The translations under genes and the position numbers were made by a program. Below the pieces are notes generated by a model, which saw only the letters and a program-made list of their open reading frames with translations, did no database searches and was not told the origin of the DNA. From a bacterium (lineage in GTDB: Bacteria > Bacteroidota > Bacteroidia > Bacteroidales > UBA3663), in contig CAVFPF010000029.1 in assembly GCA_963624265.1 (NCBI GenBank), forward strand, positions 16,284 through 80,283: a DNA stretch of 64,000 nucleotides, read 5' to 3'. Shown here piece after piece: positions 38,313 to 47,865 of this stretch (positions within the stretch are counted from its first letter, which is position 1; every line of letters starts with the position of its first letter).

Positions 38313-39233
38313 CTATTCCTTGTATTCCTGCTTGATTTTGGCCAGTTTGTTGGAATAGGTGGGGAAGATGTCCTGCAGCGTTTTGTAGACACTCTGCTTT
38401 TCCGTCATCGGCGCTTCGCTGTAGATGTTCAGGATTTCGTCCAGTTTGGCTGAGATGAACATGTTGGGCAGCGGAGTCTGGGTGTTTGCCTTCTGTACGT
38501 TGTCGAGGAGCGTGAACGAGGTGGTGATTTGTGCCCGGCCCTTTTCGACCGACTGGTACATAGCATCCAGACCCAGTCGGTGATAGTTGTACCAGAACGT
38601 CCGGTAGTCGGCTTGGTTTTCGTCCAGAAGCGCCGTTATGATGGCGTGTCGATTCTTCTTGTCGTCAAAGGCTTTCCACCCCTTCGAGTCGGAACCCTGC
38701 ATTTGGCTTACTATGCTCTCGCACTTCTTGAAGTAGGGGTCGCCTCCCTTGGGCGAGAAACTGTCGAAGTCCGTTCCGAGTATGAGGTACGTGTAGTATG
38801 CAACAAGCGCCACCAGTTCGTTGTCCAGGTTGAACTCGTTGTAGGTGAGGGTCTGGCCCTCGGTATAGCCGAACGAGATGTTGTCGTCTTTCCAGTTGAT
38901 GGACGTCGTCTGGTAGGTGGAGTAGTAGACCGGACGGCGTGCCTGCACGGTCAGCGACGCCTTGTAGTTGTCGGCCGACGAGATTTCGCTGATGGTAAAG
39001 GCGAACGTGCAGTTGATTTTCTCCTGCGTGGCAAACTGCGCCGAGGTCCATTGCTGTCCGTTGATAAACTCCTGCAGGTCGGCCTTTAGAGTCTCGAAGC
39101 GGTCACGATATGACGCCTCGATTTGCTGCGCGTTGATGGTCACCGTCGCTTCGAGTTCCTGGGCTTTGGCCAGCCACGGGATGGCGGCAAGGGTCAAAGC
39201 CGAAAAGTATGTGCGCAGTGATAGAGCTGTCAT
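38313..39233 (-). CDS. DUF4835-family protein (PorD-like type IX secretion component)
   Basis: Signal ..LTLAAIPWLAKAQE, then ELEATVTINAQQIEASYRDRFETLKADLQEFINGQQWT, typical of DUF4835. The listed ORF is 5'-extended. The ATG at 39233 shares one base with the upstream stop (TGATG). Confidence 0.6.
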   Translation of the reverse strand: MTALSLRTYFSALTLAAIPWLAKAQELEATVTINAQQIEASYRDRFETLKADLQEFINGQQWTSAQFATQEKINCTFAFTISEISSADNYKASLTVQARRPVYYSTYQTTSINWKDDNISFGYTEGQTLTYNEFNLDNELVALVAYYTYLILGTDFDSFSPKGGDPYFKKCESIVSQMQGSDSKGWKAFDDKKNRHAIITALLDENQADYRTFWYNYHRLGLDAMYQSVEKGRAQITTSFTLLDNVQKANTQTPLPNMFISAKLDEILNIYSEAPMTEKQSVYKTLQDIFPTYSNKLAKIKQEYKE

Positions 39234-40000
39234 CAGTGGAGACCCATTTGTAGTTTTATCTTCGTGACAAAGCGCTTGGTCGACTGTGCGAACTGACCGT
39301 CCATAATCCAAGCGTAGTAGGCGGGCTCTTTGGCGAAGACCTCCTGCACGGGCTTGCCCTTGTGCTTGCCGAAGTTGAAGACCGGCTGTTTTTTGTCGTT
39401 GTAGACGATATTGCCCACCACGTCGGCCACATCCTGCTGCTTGCTGTAGTCCTGTAGCCACGTGACATCGTTCTCGAGGTCGTCGTAATGGTCCAGTTGG
39501 GCCTTTAGCACCTCGTAGGTGGCCCGTGTGTCGGCATCGGCACTGTGTGCGTCCTCCAGGTCCTTGCCGCAGTAGAACTTGTAGGCAGCGGAGAGGTTGC
39601 GGCGCTCCTTCTTGTGGTAGATGTTCATCACGTCAATCGAGCACCGGTTTTCGATGTCGAAGTCTATGCCGTTGCGGTACATCTCTTCCATCAGCATCGG
39701 GATGTCGAAGCGGCTTGAGTTGAAGCCGGCCAGATCGCAGCCTTTCCAGTCGTTGGCGACCTTGCGGCCTATTTCCTTGAACGTAGGCTTGTCCTTGACC
39801 ATCTCATCGGAGATGTGGTGTATGGCCGTCGTTGCCTCCGGGATATGTATGCCGGGGTTGACGAGGTAGTTCTGCTCCGTCTCCTCGCCTTCGGGAGTGA
39901 CCTTGATGTAACTGAGCTGCACGATGCGGTCGTGCAGCGTGTCTAGCCCCGTTGCTTCGAGGTCAAAGAAGACGATGGGTCGCTTCAGCTTAAGCTTCAT
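39233..40000 (-). CDS. DEDDh 3'-5' exonuclease (DnaQ/epsilon-like)
   Basis: Exo I FFDLEATGLD and Exo III HSADADTRATYEVL motifs. Start at MKLKLKRPIVFFD (ATG at 40000). Confidence 0.8.
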   Translation of the reverse strand: MKLKLKRPIVFFDLEATGLDTLHDRIVQLSYIKVTPEGEETEQNYLVNPGIHIPEATTAIHHISDEMVKDKPTFKEIGRKVANDWKGCDLAGFNSSRFDIPMLMEEMYRNGIDFDIENRCSIDVMNIYHKKERRNLSAAYKFYCGKDLEDAHSADADTRATYEVLKAQLDHYDDLENDVTWLQDYSKQQDVADVVGNIVYNDKKQPVFNFGKHKGKPVQEVFAKEPAYYAWIMDGQFAQSTKRFVTKIKLQMGLH

Positions 40001-40025
40001 AGGACATTGATGTAGACAGGATGTT

Positions 40026-41159
40026 TTAGTTGGAGAAGTCGGCCAACTGCATAGGCATGATGAGCACCAGCAGGTCTTCCGACTCGTTGTTGACAGCGGG
40101 GAGAATGAGGCAGGCGCGGTAGGAATCGGCAAAGAGGAACTCGGCTTCGTCTGAAGGAATGACATTGAGGATGTCTATCAGAAAGTTGGCACGGAATCCG
40201 ATTTGCAACGGCGTGTCCTCGTAGCTGCAGGTCAACTGTTCGGTGCCTGCGACGGAGAAGTCCACATCCTGAGCGCTGACGGTCAGACGGTTGATGTCGA
40301 CGTCAAACTTAATCTGATTGGTAGCCTGGCTGGCAAACACGGCCATACGGCGCAGGGCATTGAGACAGTTTTGGCGGTCTATGACCATTCGCTTGGAGTT
40401 GTTCTTCGGAATGACGGCCTCGTAGTGCGGGAAGTGACCCTCGATGAGGCGGCAGGTAATCTGATAGTCGCCCAGTTGTATGCGGGCACTCTTGCTGTCG
40501 AAGGTGATGGTGGCGTCGTCCATATCCTTCTGGAGGATGCCTTTGAGCAGGTTAGCCGGCTTCTTGGGCAAGATGAACGAGGCTTCGAATCCGCTCTTTA
40601 CCGAGGTGTTGGTCAGACGGACCAGTTTCTTTGAGTCGCTCGACACGAATGTGAGTGATTCGGGCTTCACGTCGAAGAAGATGCCGTTCATGACAGGACG
40701 CAGTTCGTCGTCGGCCACGGCAAAGAGGGTGCTGTTGATGCCGTTAATCAGCGCTTGCGTAGAGATGGAGAAAGTGTGGGCATCGGCTTCGATTTCCTTC
40801 TGTAGGGGGTATTCGTCGGCGTTGGCGGCGATGAAGTTGTATTTGCCGTTGGCGTAGGAAACAAAAACCTCCAGGTTGTCGGGGTCGATCTCGAACGTCA
40901 GCTCTTGCTGCGGCATTTCCTTCAGAGGGTCGAGCAGGGTCTTTGACGGAACCACGAAGCGGCCGGTGCCTTCGACATCGTTGATGGGGATGTTGGTGAT
41001 CATCGTGTTGTCGCCATCGGAGGCCGTTACGGAGAGGGCCTGCGGACCAATCTCGAAAAGGAAGTTTTCGAGAATTGCCATTGCATTTTTGCTGCTCAGC
41101 ACACGGCTGACGGCCGACAGGTGGCCCGTGAGATCAGAACTCAGTACTTGAAATTTCAT
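40026..41159 (-). CDS. dnaN: DNA polymerase III beta sliding clamp
   Basis: MKFQVLSSDLTGHLSAVSRVLSSKNAMAILENFLFE.. and three-domain length. ATG at 41159. Confidence 0.9.
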   Translation of the reverse strand: MKFQVLSSDLTGHLSAVSRVLSSKNAMAILENFLFEIGPQALSVTASDGDNTMITNIPINDVEGTGRFVVPSKTLLDPLKEMPQQELTFEIDPDNLEVFVSYANGKYNFIAANADEYPLQKEIEADAHTFSISTQALINGINSTLFAVADDELRPVMNGIFFDVKPESLTFVSSDSKKLVRLTNTSVKSGFEASFILPKKPANLLKGILQKDMDDATITFDSKSARIQLGDYQITCRLIEGHFPHYEAVIPKNNSKRMVIDRQNCLNALRRMAVFASQATNQIKFDVDINRLTVSAQDVDFSVAGTEQLTCSYEDTPLQIGFRANFLIDILNVIPSDEAEFLFADSYRACLILPAVNNESEDLLVLIMPMQLADFSN

Positions 41160-41204
41160 ATTGCGTGTTCGTTTTAAGGATAGCACATATTATATAATAC
41201 GGGA

Positions 41205-41212
41205 CAAATATA
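41205..41212 (-). promoter_or_regulatory. -7 box (TATATTTG on minus strand) for dnaN, inside one arm of an 11-bp inverted repeat
   Basis: Plus strand caaatata, 46 nt upstream of the dnaN ATG. The inverted-repeat arms are gggacaaatat (41201-41211) and atatttgtccc (41236-41246). Confidence 0.5.
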
Positions 41213-41308
41213 AGCCTTTTTTTTGATGTCGGCAAATATTTGTCCCTCTTTTTTTGTTTAAGGGCCGAAAACCGTCCATAATGACGGGAAATCCGGCCTT
41301 AGTTGGGC

Positions 41309-42745
41309 TTAACAGCGCGCCAGAATCTCCTTGACGTATTCGTAGGTGCGACCCATCGACTCGATGCTGAGTTTCTCTTCAGGAGAGTGGATGCCCAACA
41401 TAGTGGGGCCGATTGAGATCATGTCAAGGTTGTGGTATTTGGTCAGGAAGAGTCCCGTCTCGAGTCCGGCGTGGATGGCCATTACCTCAGGCTCCTTGTG
41501 GAACATCTCGCGGTACGTGTCGGCAGCGATGTGCAGTATCGGTGACTTGGTGTTCGGCTTCCAGCCAGGATAACCCGCACCTTGTGTAACTTCGGCTCCG
41601 GCCAGTTCGAAGACGGCCTTGACTGTGTTGGCAATGTCTTCCTTCTCGCTTTCCACGCTACTGCGCTGGCTGGTTTCGATGCGGATGATGCCCGGTTCCG
41701 GCATCTTGACGGAAGCCAGGTTGGTCGAGGTTTCGACCAGGTCAGGCATCTCGCGACTCATGCCCTGCACGCCGTGGGGGCAAGCCTGGATGGCGGCCAG
41801 CAGACGGTCTACGACCCCCTGCTCGATGATGTGGGCAGGCTTGTCGACGGTTTCTGCCGTCATGTTGAATCCCTTTTCGATGTCGCCTACTTCGCCCTCA
41901 ATCGTAGCGACGAAGTTGTTGAGGTCGGCCACGAACTGGTCCTTCTGGCTGAAAGGCATACCCACTACAGCCTCGGCCTCGCGGGCGATGGCGTTGCGGA
42001 GATTGCCTCCCGTGATGCTCGACAATACGAGGTTGGGCTGGCTCAGCAGGAAGCGTACCAGCACCTTGTTGGCGTTGGCATGGCCGAGGTGGATGTCACC
42101 GCCTGAATGGCCGCCGATCAGGCCTGACACTTTGACTTTGGCATAGTAGAGGTCAGGTGCCGGAATGGCTGCATATCTGAACACGGCGCAGGTGTCCTTA
42201 CCGCCGGCGCATCCCATAAAGATCTGGCCTTCCGTCTCCGAGTCGAGGTTAATCAGTATGTTGCCTGTCATGAATCCGTTCTCCAGGTTGAAGGCACCCG
42301 TCATGCCCGTCTCTTCGTCGTAGGTGATGAGTGTCTCCAGCGGGCCGTGCTTGGCTTCGGGGTCTGTCATAACAGCCATGGCGAGGGCCAGTCCGGCTCC
42401 GTCGTCGGCGCCCAGCGTGGTGCCGTGGGTCTTGATCCAATCGCCCTCAATATAGGTGTCGATGGGGTCGTGCTCAAAGTCGTGCTCTACGTTCGAGTTC
42501 TTCTCGCATACCATATCCATGTGGCCTTGCATCACCACTGTCGGATGGTCCTCGTAGCCGGGAGTGGCCGGCACGCGCATCAAGACGTTGCCCGTCTTGT
42601 CGACACGGCACTCCACACCGTTCTCTTTGGCCCAATTGACTAGCCATTGGCGGATTTTCTCCTCCTTCTTCGATGGACGCGGTACTTTTGTTATCGCTTC
42701 AAATATGCTCCACACGTTCCGTGGAGTCAAATCTTTCATCTCCAT
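41309..42745 (-). CDS. pepD: aminoacyl-histidine dipeptidase (M20C, PepD)
   Basis: ..VWSIFEAITKVPRPSKKEEKI.., VVMQGHMDMVCEKN, GTTLGADDGAG. Confidence 0.85.
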   Translation of the reverse strand: MEMKDLTPRNVWSIFEAITKVPRPSKKEEKIRQWLVNWAKENGVECRVDKTGNVLMRVPATPGYEDHPTVVMQGHMDMVCEKNSNVEHDFEHDPIDTYIEGDWIKTHGTTLGADDGAGLALAMAVMTDPEAKHGPLETLITYDEETGMTGAFNLENGFMTGNILINLDSETEGQIFMGCAGGKDTCAVFRYAAIPAPDLYYAKVKVSGLIGGHSGGDIHLGHANANKVLVRFLLSQPNLVLSSITGGNLRNAIAREAEAVVGMPFSQKDQFVADLNNFVATIEGEVGDIEKGFNMTAETVDKPAHIIEQGVVDRLLAAIQACPHGVQGMSREMPDLVETSTNLASVKMPEPGIIRIETSQRSSVESEKEDIANTVKAVFELAGAEVTQGAGYPGWKPNTKSPILHIAADTYREMFHKEPEVMAIHAGLETGLFLTKYHNLDMISIGPTMLGIHSPEEKLSIESMGRTYEYVKEILARC

Positions 42746-42843
42746 AGTATGATTTGTATTTTAAAAAAAGTTAAAAATATGTTCGAATTCTTGTTTTTTC
42801 TCAAAAAGGGACACAATCGCTTGCTCGCTGAAGAAAATTGTAC

Positions 42844-42851
42844 TACCTTTG
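42844..42851 (+). promoter_or_regulatory. -7 box TACCTTTG for the small-membrane-protein/ompH pair
   Basis: tacctttg, 61 nt upstream of the ATG at 42912. Confidence 0.5.
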
Positions 42852-42911
42852 CACTCGCTCCAACCCTGAACCCGACATCTTGTCAGTACAGACGGTGCAA
42901 ATATACAAATA

Positions 42912-43205
42912 ATGTTGAAGACTATCATCATTTCTGTCGGAATTCTTTTAATCTGTTTTGTTTTTTTAGCAATTCAGGTTATTTTTTCGAAGAAAAAGAA
43001 ATTCCCCGACATCCATGTGAGCCAGAACAAGGCGATGCGGGAACGAGGCATACATTGTGTGCAGACCCAGGATTGGGAGGAACGTCATCGCCAGGGTCTC
43101 TACGGCAATGGGGCTACGCTGCCCAATAGGGATGGAAACGAAGACGGGAATGGAAATAGTCCGTTCAACGATGAAACAACAGACAATAACATTACCAACA
43201 AATAA
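42912..43205 (+). CDS. small single-pass membrane protein, unknown function
   Basis: N-terminal TM helix MLKTIIISVGILLICFVFLAIQVIF, then KKKKFPDIHVSQNKAMRERGIHCVQTQD. It starts 3 bp upstream of the ompH-like gene. Confidence 0.45.
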   Translation: MLKTIIISVGILLICFVFLAIQVIFSKKKKFPDIHVSQNKAMRERGIHCVQTQDWEERHRQGLYGNGATLPNRDGNEDGNGNSPFNDETTDNNITNK

Positions 43206-43208
43206 AGT

Positions 43209-43808
43209 ATGAAGAAAATCTACGCCATCGCTTCAGCCGTATTGACGGCCGGAGCTTTGCTGGGAGGTGCGACCTCCTGCACTGACGGTCAGCAGAAAGT
43301 AGACATGAGGCCGGTTTCGGCTTCCGACTCGCTTCGGTTGCCTGTCGCCTACATCAATGTCGACTCGCTGCTGGTCAATTACGATTTCGCCAAAGACCTG
43401 AACGAGGAGTTGGTCAAGAAGACCGAAGACGCCCGTATGAACGTCAACGGCAAGGCACAGGCCCTTGAGAAGGACTACAGCCAGTTCCAGCGCAAGCTGC
43501 AGACCAATGCCTTCTTGAGCGAGGAACGTGCCCAACAGGAAGCCCAGAAACTGCAGAGCAAGAAGGATGAGCTCGACCAGTTGAACTACAAGCTTCAGAA
43601 CGATTTGGCCCAGCAGCAGGCACAGATGAATGCCCGCCTCGCAGATACTATCCGCAGCTTTGTGCGCCAGTACAACGAGGAGATGCACTTCGAGTTGATT
43701 TTCACCAATACGATGTACGACAACATCCTCATCGATGCTCCCAAGTACGACATCACCGGTGATGTGCTCCGCCTGCTCAACGAGCGCTATGCCAAGACCA
43801 AGAACTAA
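43209..43808 (+). CDS. OmpH/Skp-family periplasmic chaperone (lipoprotein form)
   Basis: Lipobox ..GGATSC. Coiled-coil body with QQEAQKLQSKKDELDQL.., about 200 aa. Confidence 0.75.
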   Translation: MKKIYAIASAVLTAGALLGGATSCTDGQQKVDMRPVSASDSLRLPVAYINVDSLLVNYDFAKDLNEELVKKTEDARMNVNGKAQALEKDYSQFQRKLQTNAFLSEERAQQEAQKLQSKKDELDQLNYKLQNDLAQQQAQMNARLADTIRSFVRQYNEEMHFELIFTNTMYDNILIDAPKYDITGDVLRLLNERYAKTKN

Positions 43809-43850
43809 AGCAAGAGGTTAAAAATTGGGTTGACAAAACATAATAATCTT

Positions 43851-43884
43851 CACCTCGGAGTCTCCGGACTTCGGGGTGTTTTCG
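43851..43884 (+). terminator. intrinsic terminator after the ompH-like gene
   Basis: 12-bp stem cacctcggagtc / gacttcggggtg (two G:U pairs) with a tetraloop, followed by ttttcg. Confidence 0.75.
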
Positions 43885-43897
43885 TCTTGTCAGGTTC

Positions 43898-43963
43898 TTG
43901 GCTTTCAGACTCGGGCCTTGTGGCTTTCTGTCTCAGATCTATTGGTTGTTTACAGCCTTCCGG
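43898..43963. repeat. weak 3 x 22-bp tandem repeat
   Basis: tggctttcagactcgggccttg / tggctttctgtctcagatctat (14/22 identical) / tggttgtttacagccttccggc (poor match). Confidence 0.4.
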
Positions 43964-43980
43964 CATGCTCCGTCCGTGCG

Positions 43981-45006
43981 CTATTGCTTTTGTCTTGTCG
44001 CCGCCTGGAGCAGATGGTCCAGTTCGCGGCGCGTGATCTTTACGATTGTCCCGTGTTTGTGCTTGTCTGGGACGCTTATCCGGTCGGGTATCGGTGTGAA
44101 CGTGCGGAAGTCGGTTGTCGACACGGCGCCGTACTCTTGCGGACGGTATTGGTCAAAGTAGATGATCCATTCCTCACCGACCTTGACAGCGCAAGGCCCT
44201 TCGGAGTATGTGCGGCCGAAAGTGGTCGATGGAGAGTGGAATGGACCGTAGGGCGAGTCGCTGAAGACGCAGAACAGATTGCTGAATCCCGGTTTGCGGT
44301 TGTCCTTTACGATTAGTACGTAGTCGTCGGTCCCTTTCTGCAGCAGGTAGCCGTCGATGCTGTTAAAGCCCGGGTCATAGTACCGGCGCGTTTTGGTGTA
44401 GGTCTTGAAGTCTTTGGTCGTGGTGTACCATAGCCGGTGGCAGGCGTTCTTGCCCAGCGTGTCGGCAGCGGTTTGCTCGTCGGGACTGATTTGTGACGAC
44501 CAGATGACCAGATACTGCGCTTTGTCGGCGTCGTAGAAGAGCTCCGGCGCCCACACGTTGTTGGTCGGCACGGAGTCCATTACCGGTACGGTCTCCTGCC
44601 CGGACCAGTGTATCAAGTCGACCGACGAGGCATGGCCGAAGCCCCGGCTGCCTTGCCATTGGGTCGTCCAGACCAGATGGAACGTGCCGTCCGCTCCCCG
44701 GATGATGCTTGGGTCGCGTAGCACATGGTGGTCCGGATAGTACTTGGGGGCTTTCACCTCGCCCGAGAATGCGTCCGTGTAGGTCGTGTCGTTGCCGACC
44801 TCGGGGTGCAGCCAGACGCCGGCTATCGTGTCCCAGTGCAGTCCGTCGAGACTGTACAGGTACTGCAGCCCTTGTGTGGACGGTTCCCTGAACGAGGTGA
44901 ACAGATACACATCGGCCGTGTCGGTGGTCCGGCAGGCAGCCAGTGACAGAGTGAGACAAAGCGGGGCCAGGAGAAGCCACGGGCGAGTCGGGAAAATATT
45001 CATCAT
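43981..45006 (-). CDS. secreted five-bladed beta-propeller glycoside hydrolase-like protein (GH43-like)
   Basis: Lipoprotein-type signal ..LSLAAC. Segments ..LRDPSIIRGADGTFHLVWTT.. and ..VWAPELFYD.. resemble GH43-clan blades. Confidence 0.5.
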   Translation of the reverse strand: MMNIFPTRPWLLLAPLCLTLSLAACRTTDTADVYLFTSFREPSTQGLQYLYSLDGLHWDTIAGVWLHPEVGNDTTYTDAFSGEVKAPKYYPDHHVLRDPSIIRGADGTFHLVWTTQWQGSRGFGHASSVDLIHWSGQETVPVMDSVPTNNVWAPELFYDADKAQYLVIWSSQISPDEQTAADTLGKNACHRLWYTTTKDFKTYTKTRRYYDPGFNSIDGYLLQKGTDDYVLIVKDNRKPGFSNLFCVFSDSPYGPFHSPSTTFGRTYSEGPCAVKVGEEWIIYFDQYRPQEYGAVSTTDFRTFTPIPDRISVPDKHKHGTIVKITRRELDHLLQAATRQKQ

Positions 45007-45034
45007 AGGAGGTCTTTGTTTCAGTGTTTGCCCG

Positions 45035-45042
45035 CAAAGTTA
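45035..45042 (-). promoter_or_regulatory. -7 box (TAACTTTG on minus strand) for the GH43-like gene
   Basis: Plus strand caaagtta, about 29 nt upstream of the ATG at 45006. Confidence 0.45.
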
Positions 45043-45105
45043 ATCATTTATCCGATATTAAGGTACATTTTTGCCCAAACATTTGTCTGCTTATATATTT
45101 TTTCT

Positions 45106-45113
45106 TAAATTTG
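45106..45113 (+). promoter_or_regulatory. -7 box TAAATTTG for rlmI-folA-lpxL-like genes
   Basis: taaatttg, 30 nt upstream of the ATG at 45143. Confidence 0.5.
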
Positions 45114-45142
45114 CGGCTGTCATACACTAATTGCATTGACAG

Positions 45143-46432
45143 ATGACCACGATTATATTAAAACACCACAAGGAGGAGAGCCTCAAGCGGTTCCATCCGT
45201 GGGTGTTCTCTGGAGCCATATTCCGTATTGAAGACGAGTTCGGCAACGAGGTGCAGCCTGAAGAGGGCGATTGGGTTCGCGTCGTAGGCGACGACGGGTC
45301 GTTTCTCGCTTTGGGCCAGTATCAGGCCGGTTCGATAGCCGTCCGTATCTTCTCGTTCGACGAGGACGACCTCGACGAGACCTTCTTCCGCCGCAGGCTG
45401 CAGTCGGCCTACGAACTGCGCCGTACGTTGGGTTTGATTCGCCCTGACAACAATGCCTACCGCCTGGTGCACGGCGAGGGCGACGGACTGCCCGGCCTTG
45501 TGGTCGATGTCTACGACGGCACGGCAGTGATGCAGGCTCACACGCCCGGCATTCACTACATCCGTGAGGCTTTGGCCGAAGACTTGATTGCCGTGGCTGG
45601 TGCCGACATCCGCAACGTCTACTATAAGTCGGAGACCACGCTCGGCTATCTGACCGAGGCCCGTCAACAGGCAGAGGCTGAGGGCGGCACCGTCAACGGG
45701 TATCTGATTATCGACGGCAAGCGGGTCGCCTCGGCTGAAGATGGACGCCGGCTGGAGGCTGAAATCAGCGATGTGGCTTTGGAGAACGGACTGAAGTTTC
45801 ATGTGGATTGGCTGAAAGGGCAGAAGACAGGCTTCTTCGTCGACCAGCGCGAGAACCGTGCCCTGGTTGGCAAGTATGCGGTCGGACGCAATGTGCTCAA
45901 TATGTTCTGCTACACGGGTGGCTTTTCGTTCTATGCCATGCGTGGCGGTGCGTGTCTCGTCCATTCGGTCGATGTGTCCAAGCAGGCCATATCCTTCACC
46001 AATGCCAATGTGGAACTGAACTTCCCCGGCGATGCCCGTCACAAGGCATTTGTGGCCGATGCCTTCGACTTTCTTGACGGCAAGTGCCCGGGCGCGTTGC
46101 CTGGGGGAGAAGGTGAGGGTTACGACCTTGTTATCCTTGATCCGCCGGCATTCGCCAAACACAAGAAGGTGTTGCGCAACGCCCTGCGCGGCTACCAGCG
46201 CCTCAATGCCAAGGCGCTGGAGAAGATTAAGCCGGGTGGCATACTCTTCACATTCTCCTGCAGCCAGGTCGTCACGAAGGACGACTTCCGTTGCGCGGTC
46301 TTCTCGGCAGCCGCCCAGACCGGACGCCGTGTGCGTGTGCTGCACCAGTTGCACCAGCCGGCCGATCATCCCATCAACATTTACCATCCGGAGGGCGAAT
46401 ACCTGAAGGGCTTAGTACTTTACGTAGAATGA
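45143..46432 (+). CDS. rlmI: class I SAM-dependent 23S rRNA m5C methyltransferase (RlmI-like)
   Basis: PUA-like N-terminus (..SLKRFHPWVFSGAI..), SAM-binding VLNMFCYTGGFS, and DPPAFAK. Confidence 0.8.
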   Translation: MTTIILKHHKEESLKRFHPWVFSGAIFRIEDEFGNEVQPEEGDWVRVVGDDGSFLALGQYQAGSIAVRIFSFDEDDLDETFFRRRLQSAYELRRTLGLIRPDNNAYRLVHGEGDGLPGLVVDVYDGTAVMQAHTPGIHYIREALAEDLIAVAGADIRNVYYKSETTLGYLTEARQQAEAEGGTVNGYLIIDGKRVASAEDGRRLEAEISDVALENGLKFHVDWLKGQKTGFFVDQRENRALVGKYAVGRNVLNMFCYTGGFSFYAMRGGACLVHSVDVSKQAISFTNANVELNFPGDARHKAFVADAFDFLDGKCPGALPGGEGEGYDLVILDPPAFAKHKKVLRNALRGYQRLNAKALEKIKPGGILFTFSCSQVVTKDDFRCAVFSAAAQTGRRVRVLHQLHQPADHPINIYHPEGEYLKGLVLYVE

Positions 46433-46965
46433 AGATTATCGTAGCAGCATCAGACAACAACGTCATAGGTCATCAGGGCGGTATGCCCTGGCACCTGAGT
46501 GCCGACTTGAAGTACTTCAAGCGGACCACTATGGGCCATGCCGTCATCATGGGCCGTAAGACTTTCGAGTCGATAGGTCGCCCTCTGCCCGGCCGGCGCA
46601 ATGTTGTGGTGAGCCGTAATCCGGATTTCCGTATCGCCGACAGCGTACTCGAGCGGATGGGTGTGGCCAATCTCAAGGCCATCGATGAGGGACGGCCCCA
46701 GGCCAGCATCGAGGTCTACGCCACACTCGAAGAAGCCCTCAAGGCCGTGCCCGACGATTCGTTCGTGATTGGTGGCGGGCAGATTTACAACCAAGCCTGG
46801 CCTCTCGCCACACACTATTACATCACGCGCGTGCACACGACGATAACAGACTACGACACGACAGTGCCGCCCGTGCCCGACGGGCGCCGCCTGACGTATA
46901 GCGAGGACCATGAGGCCGATGCCGACAACGACTACGCCATGACCTTTGAAGTTTGGGAGAAATAA
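46429..46965 (+). CDS. folA: dihydrofolate reductase
   Basis: MKIIVAASDNNVIGHQGGMPWHLSADLKYFKRTTMGHAVIMGRKTFESIGRPLPGRRNVVVSR. The ATG overlaps the rlmI stop (ATGA at 46429-46432). Confidence 0.9.
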   Translation: MKIIVAASDNNVIGHQGGMPWHLSADLKYFKRTTMGHAVIMGRKTFESIGRPLPGRRNVVVSRNPDFRIADSVLERMGVANLKAIDEGRPQASIEVYATLEEALKAVPDDSFVIGGGQIYNQAWPLATHYYITRVHTTITDYDTTVPPVPDGRRLTYSEDHEADADNDYAMTFEVWEK

Positions 46966-46977
46966 CAGTAGGAAACT

Positions 46978-47865
46978 ATGCCACAAAGCCGGACAAGCCG
47001 ATTTTTCAGCCGTATAGGGGTTGCCTTACTCAATGGCTACTCCCGATTGCCCTTGTCGTTTCACTATAGGATGAGCGACTGGGTGGTTTATCCTCTTGTC
47101 TATCATGTGGCGCGCTATCGGCGTGGAGTGGTCCGCAAGAACATGCAGCGCTGCTTCCCCGACAAGACCGAGCAGGAGCGGCTGGCGATAGAGCGCAAGT
47201 TCTACCATTGGTTCTGTGACCTGGCTGTCGAGATTGTCAAGGTCCATAGCATCTCGGCCGACGAACTCCTCCGTCGGGTAGAGTATGAGAATCTTGAGGA
47301 GGTAGAGGCTTCGCTGCGCGACCACGACTTTGCACTTTGCTACTTGTCGCACTTCGGTAACTGGGAGTGGCTCATTGCCCTGCCCCTGCTGATGCATGGC
47401 TATGGCGAGTGTCAGATTTACCATCCGATGCGCAATAAAGTCTTTGACAGCTGGTTTCTCGACAACCGCAGCCGCTTTGGTGCTGTCAATATCAAGATGA
47501 AGGAGACGCTCCGCAAGTTGGTAACCCTGCGTTCGACCAACCACTATATGTTCGGTTGTATAGCCGACCAGTTGCCCAAGCGCCAGAACGTGCATCACTC
47601 GGTCATGTTTATGGGCCAGGAGACGAAGGTCTTCACCGGCTCGGAACAGTTGGGCCGCAAGTTGGATATGTCTATCTTCTACTGCCGTGTGACACGGCCG
47701 GAGCGTGGCCGCTATAGGGTGCAGATTGAACGGCTGGACAATGGCGCTGTCAATCCGGAGTCTTCGCCTTTCGCCTATACCGAAGAGTATTTCCGTCGGT
47801 TCGAGCAAGACATCCAGGCACAGCCCGAACTGTGGCTTTGGACTCACGACAGATGGAAACGCTGA
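46978..47865 (+). CDS. lipid A biosynthesis late acyltransferase (LpxL/HtrB family)
   Basis: Lysophospholipid-acyltransferase-family layout: ..ARYRRGVVRKNMQRCFPDKTEQER..FYHWFCD.. and SHFGNWEW (H-x4-D/E-like box). Confidence 0.7.
   Translation: MPQSRTSRFFSRIGVALLNGYSRLPLSFHYRMSDWVVYPLVYHVARYRRGVVRKNMQRCFPDKTEQERLAIERKFYHWFCDLAVEIVKVHSISADELLRRVEYENLEEVEASLRDHDFALCYLSHFGNWEWLIALPLLMHGYGECQIYHPMRNKVFDSWFLDNRSRFGAVNIKMKETLRKLVTLRSTNHYMFGCIADQLPKRQNVHHSVMFMGQETKVFTGSEQLGRKLDMSIFYCRVTRPERGRYRVQIERLDNGAVNPESSPFAYTEEYFRRFEQDIQAQPELWLWTHDRWKR

Noticed and set aside
41160-41308. The dnaN upstream region as a possible replication origin.
   Set aside because: No dnaA gene is adjacent, and I see no cluster of TTATCCACA-type DnaA boxes there. 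The only near-match I noticed (tgtggatat at 32652-32660) is isolated and lies elsewhere.
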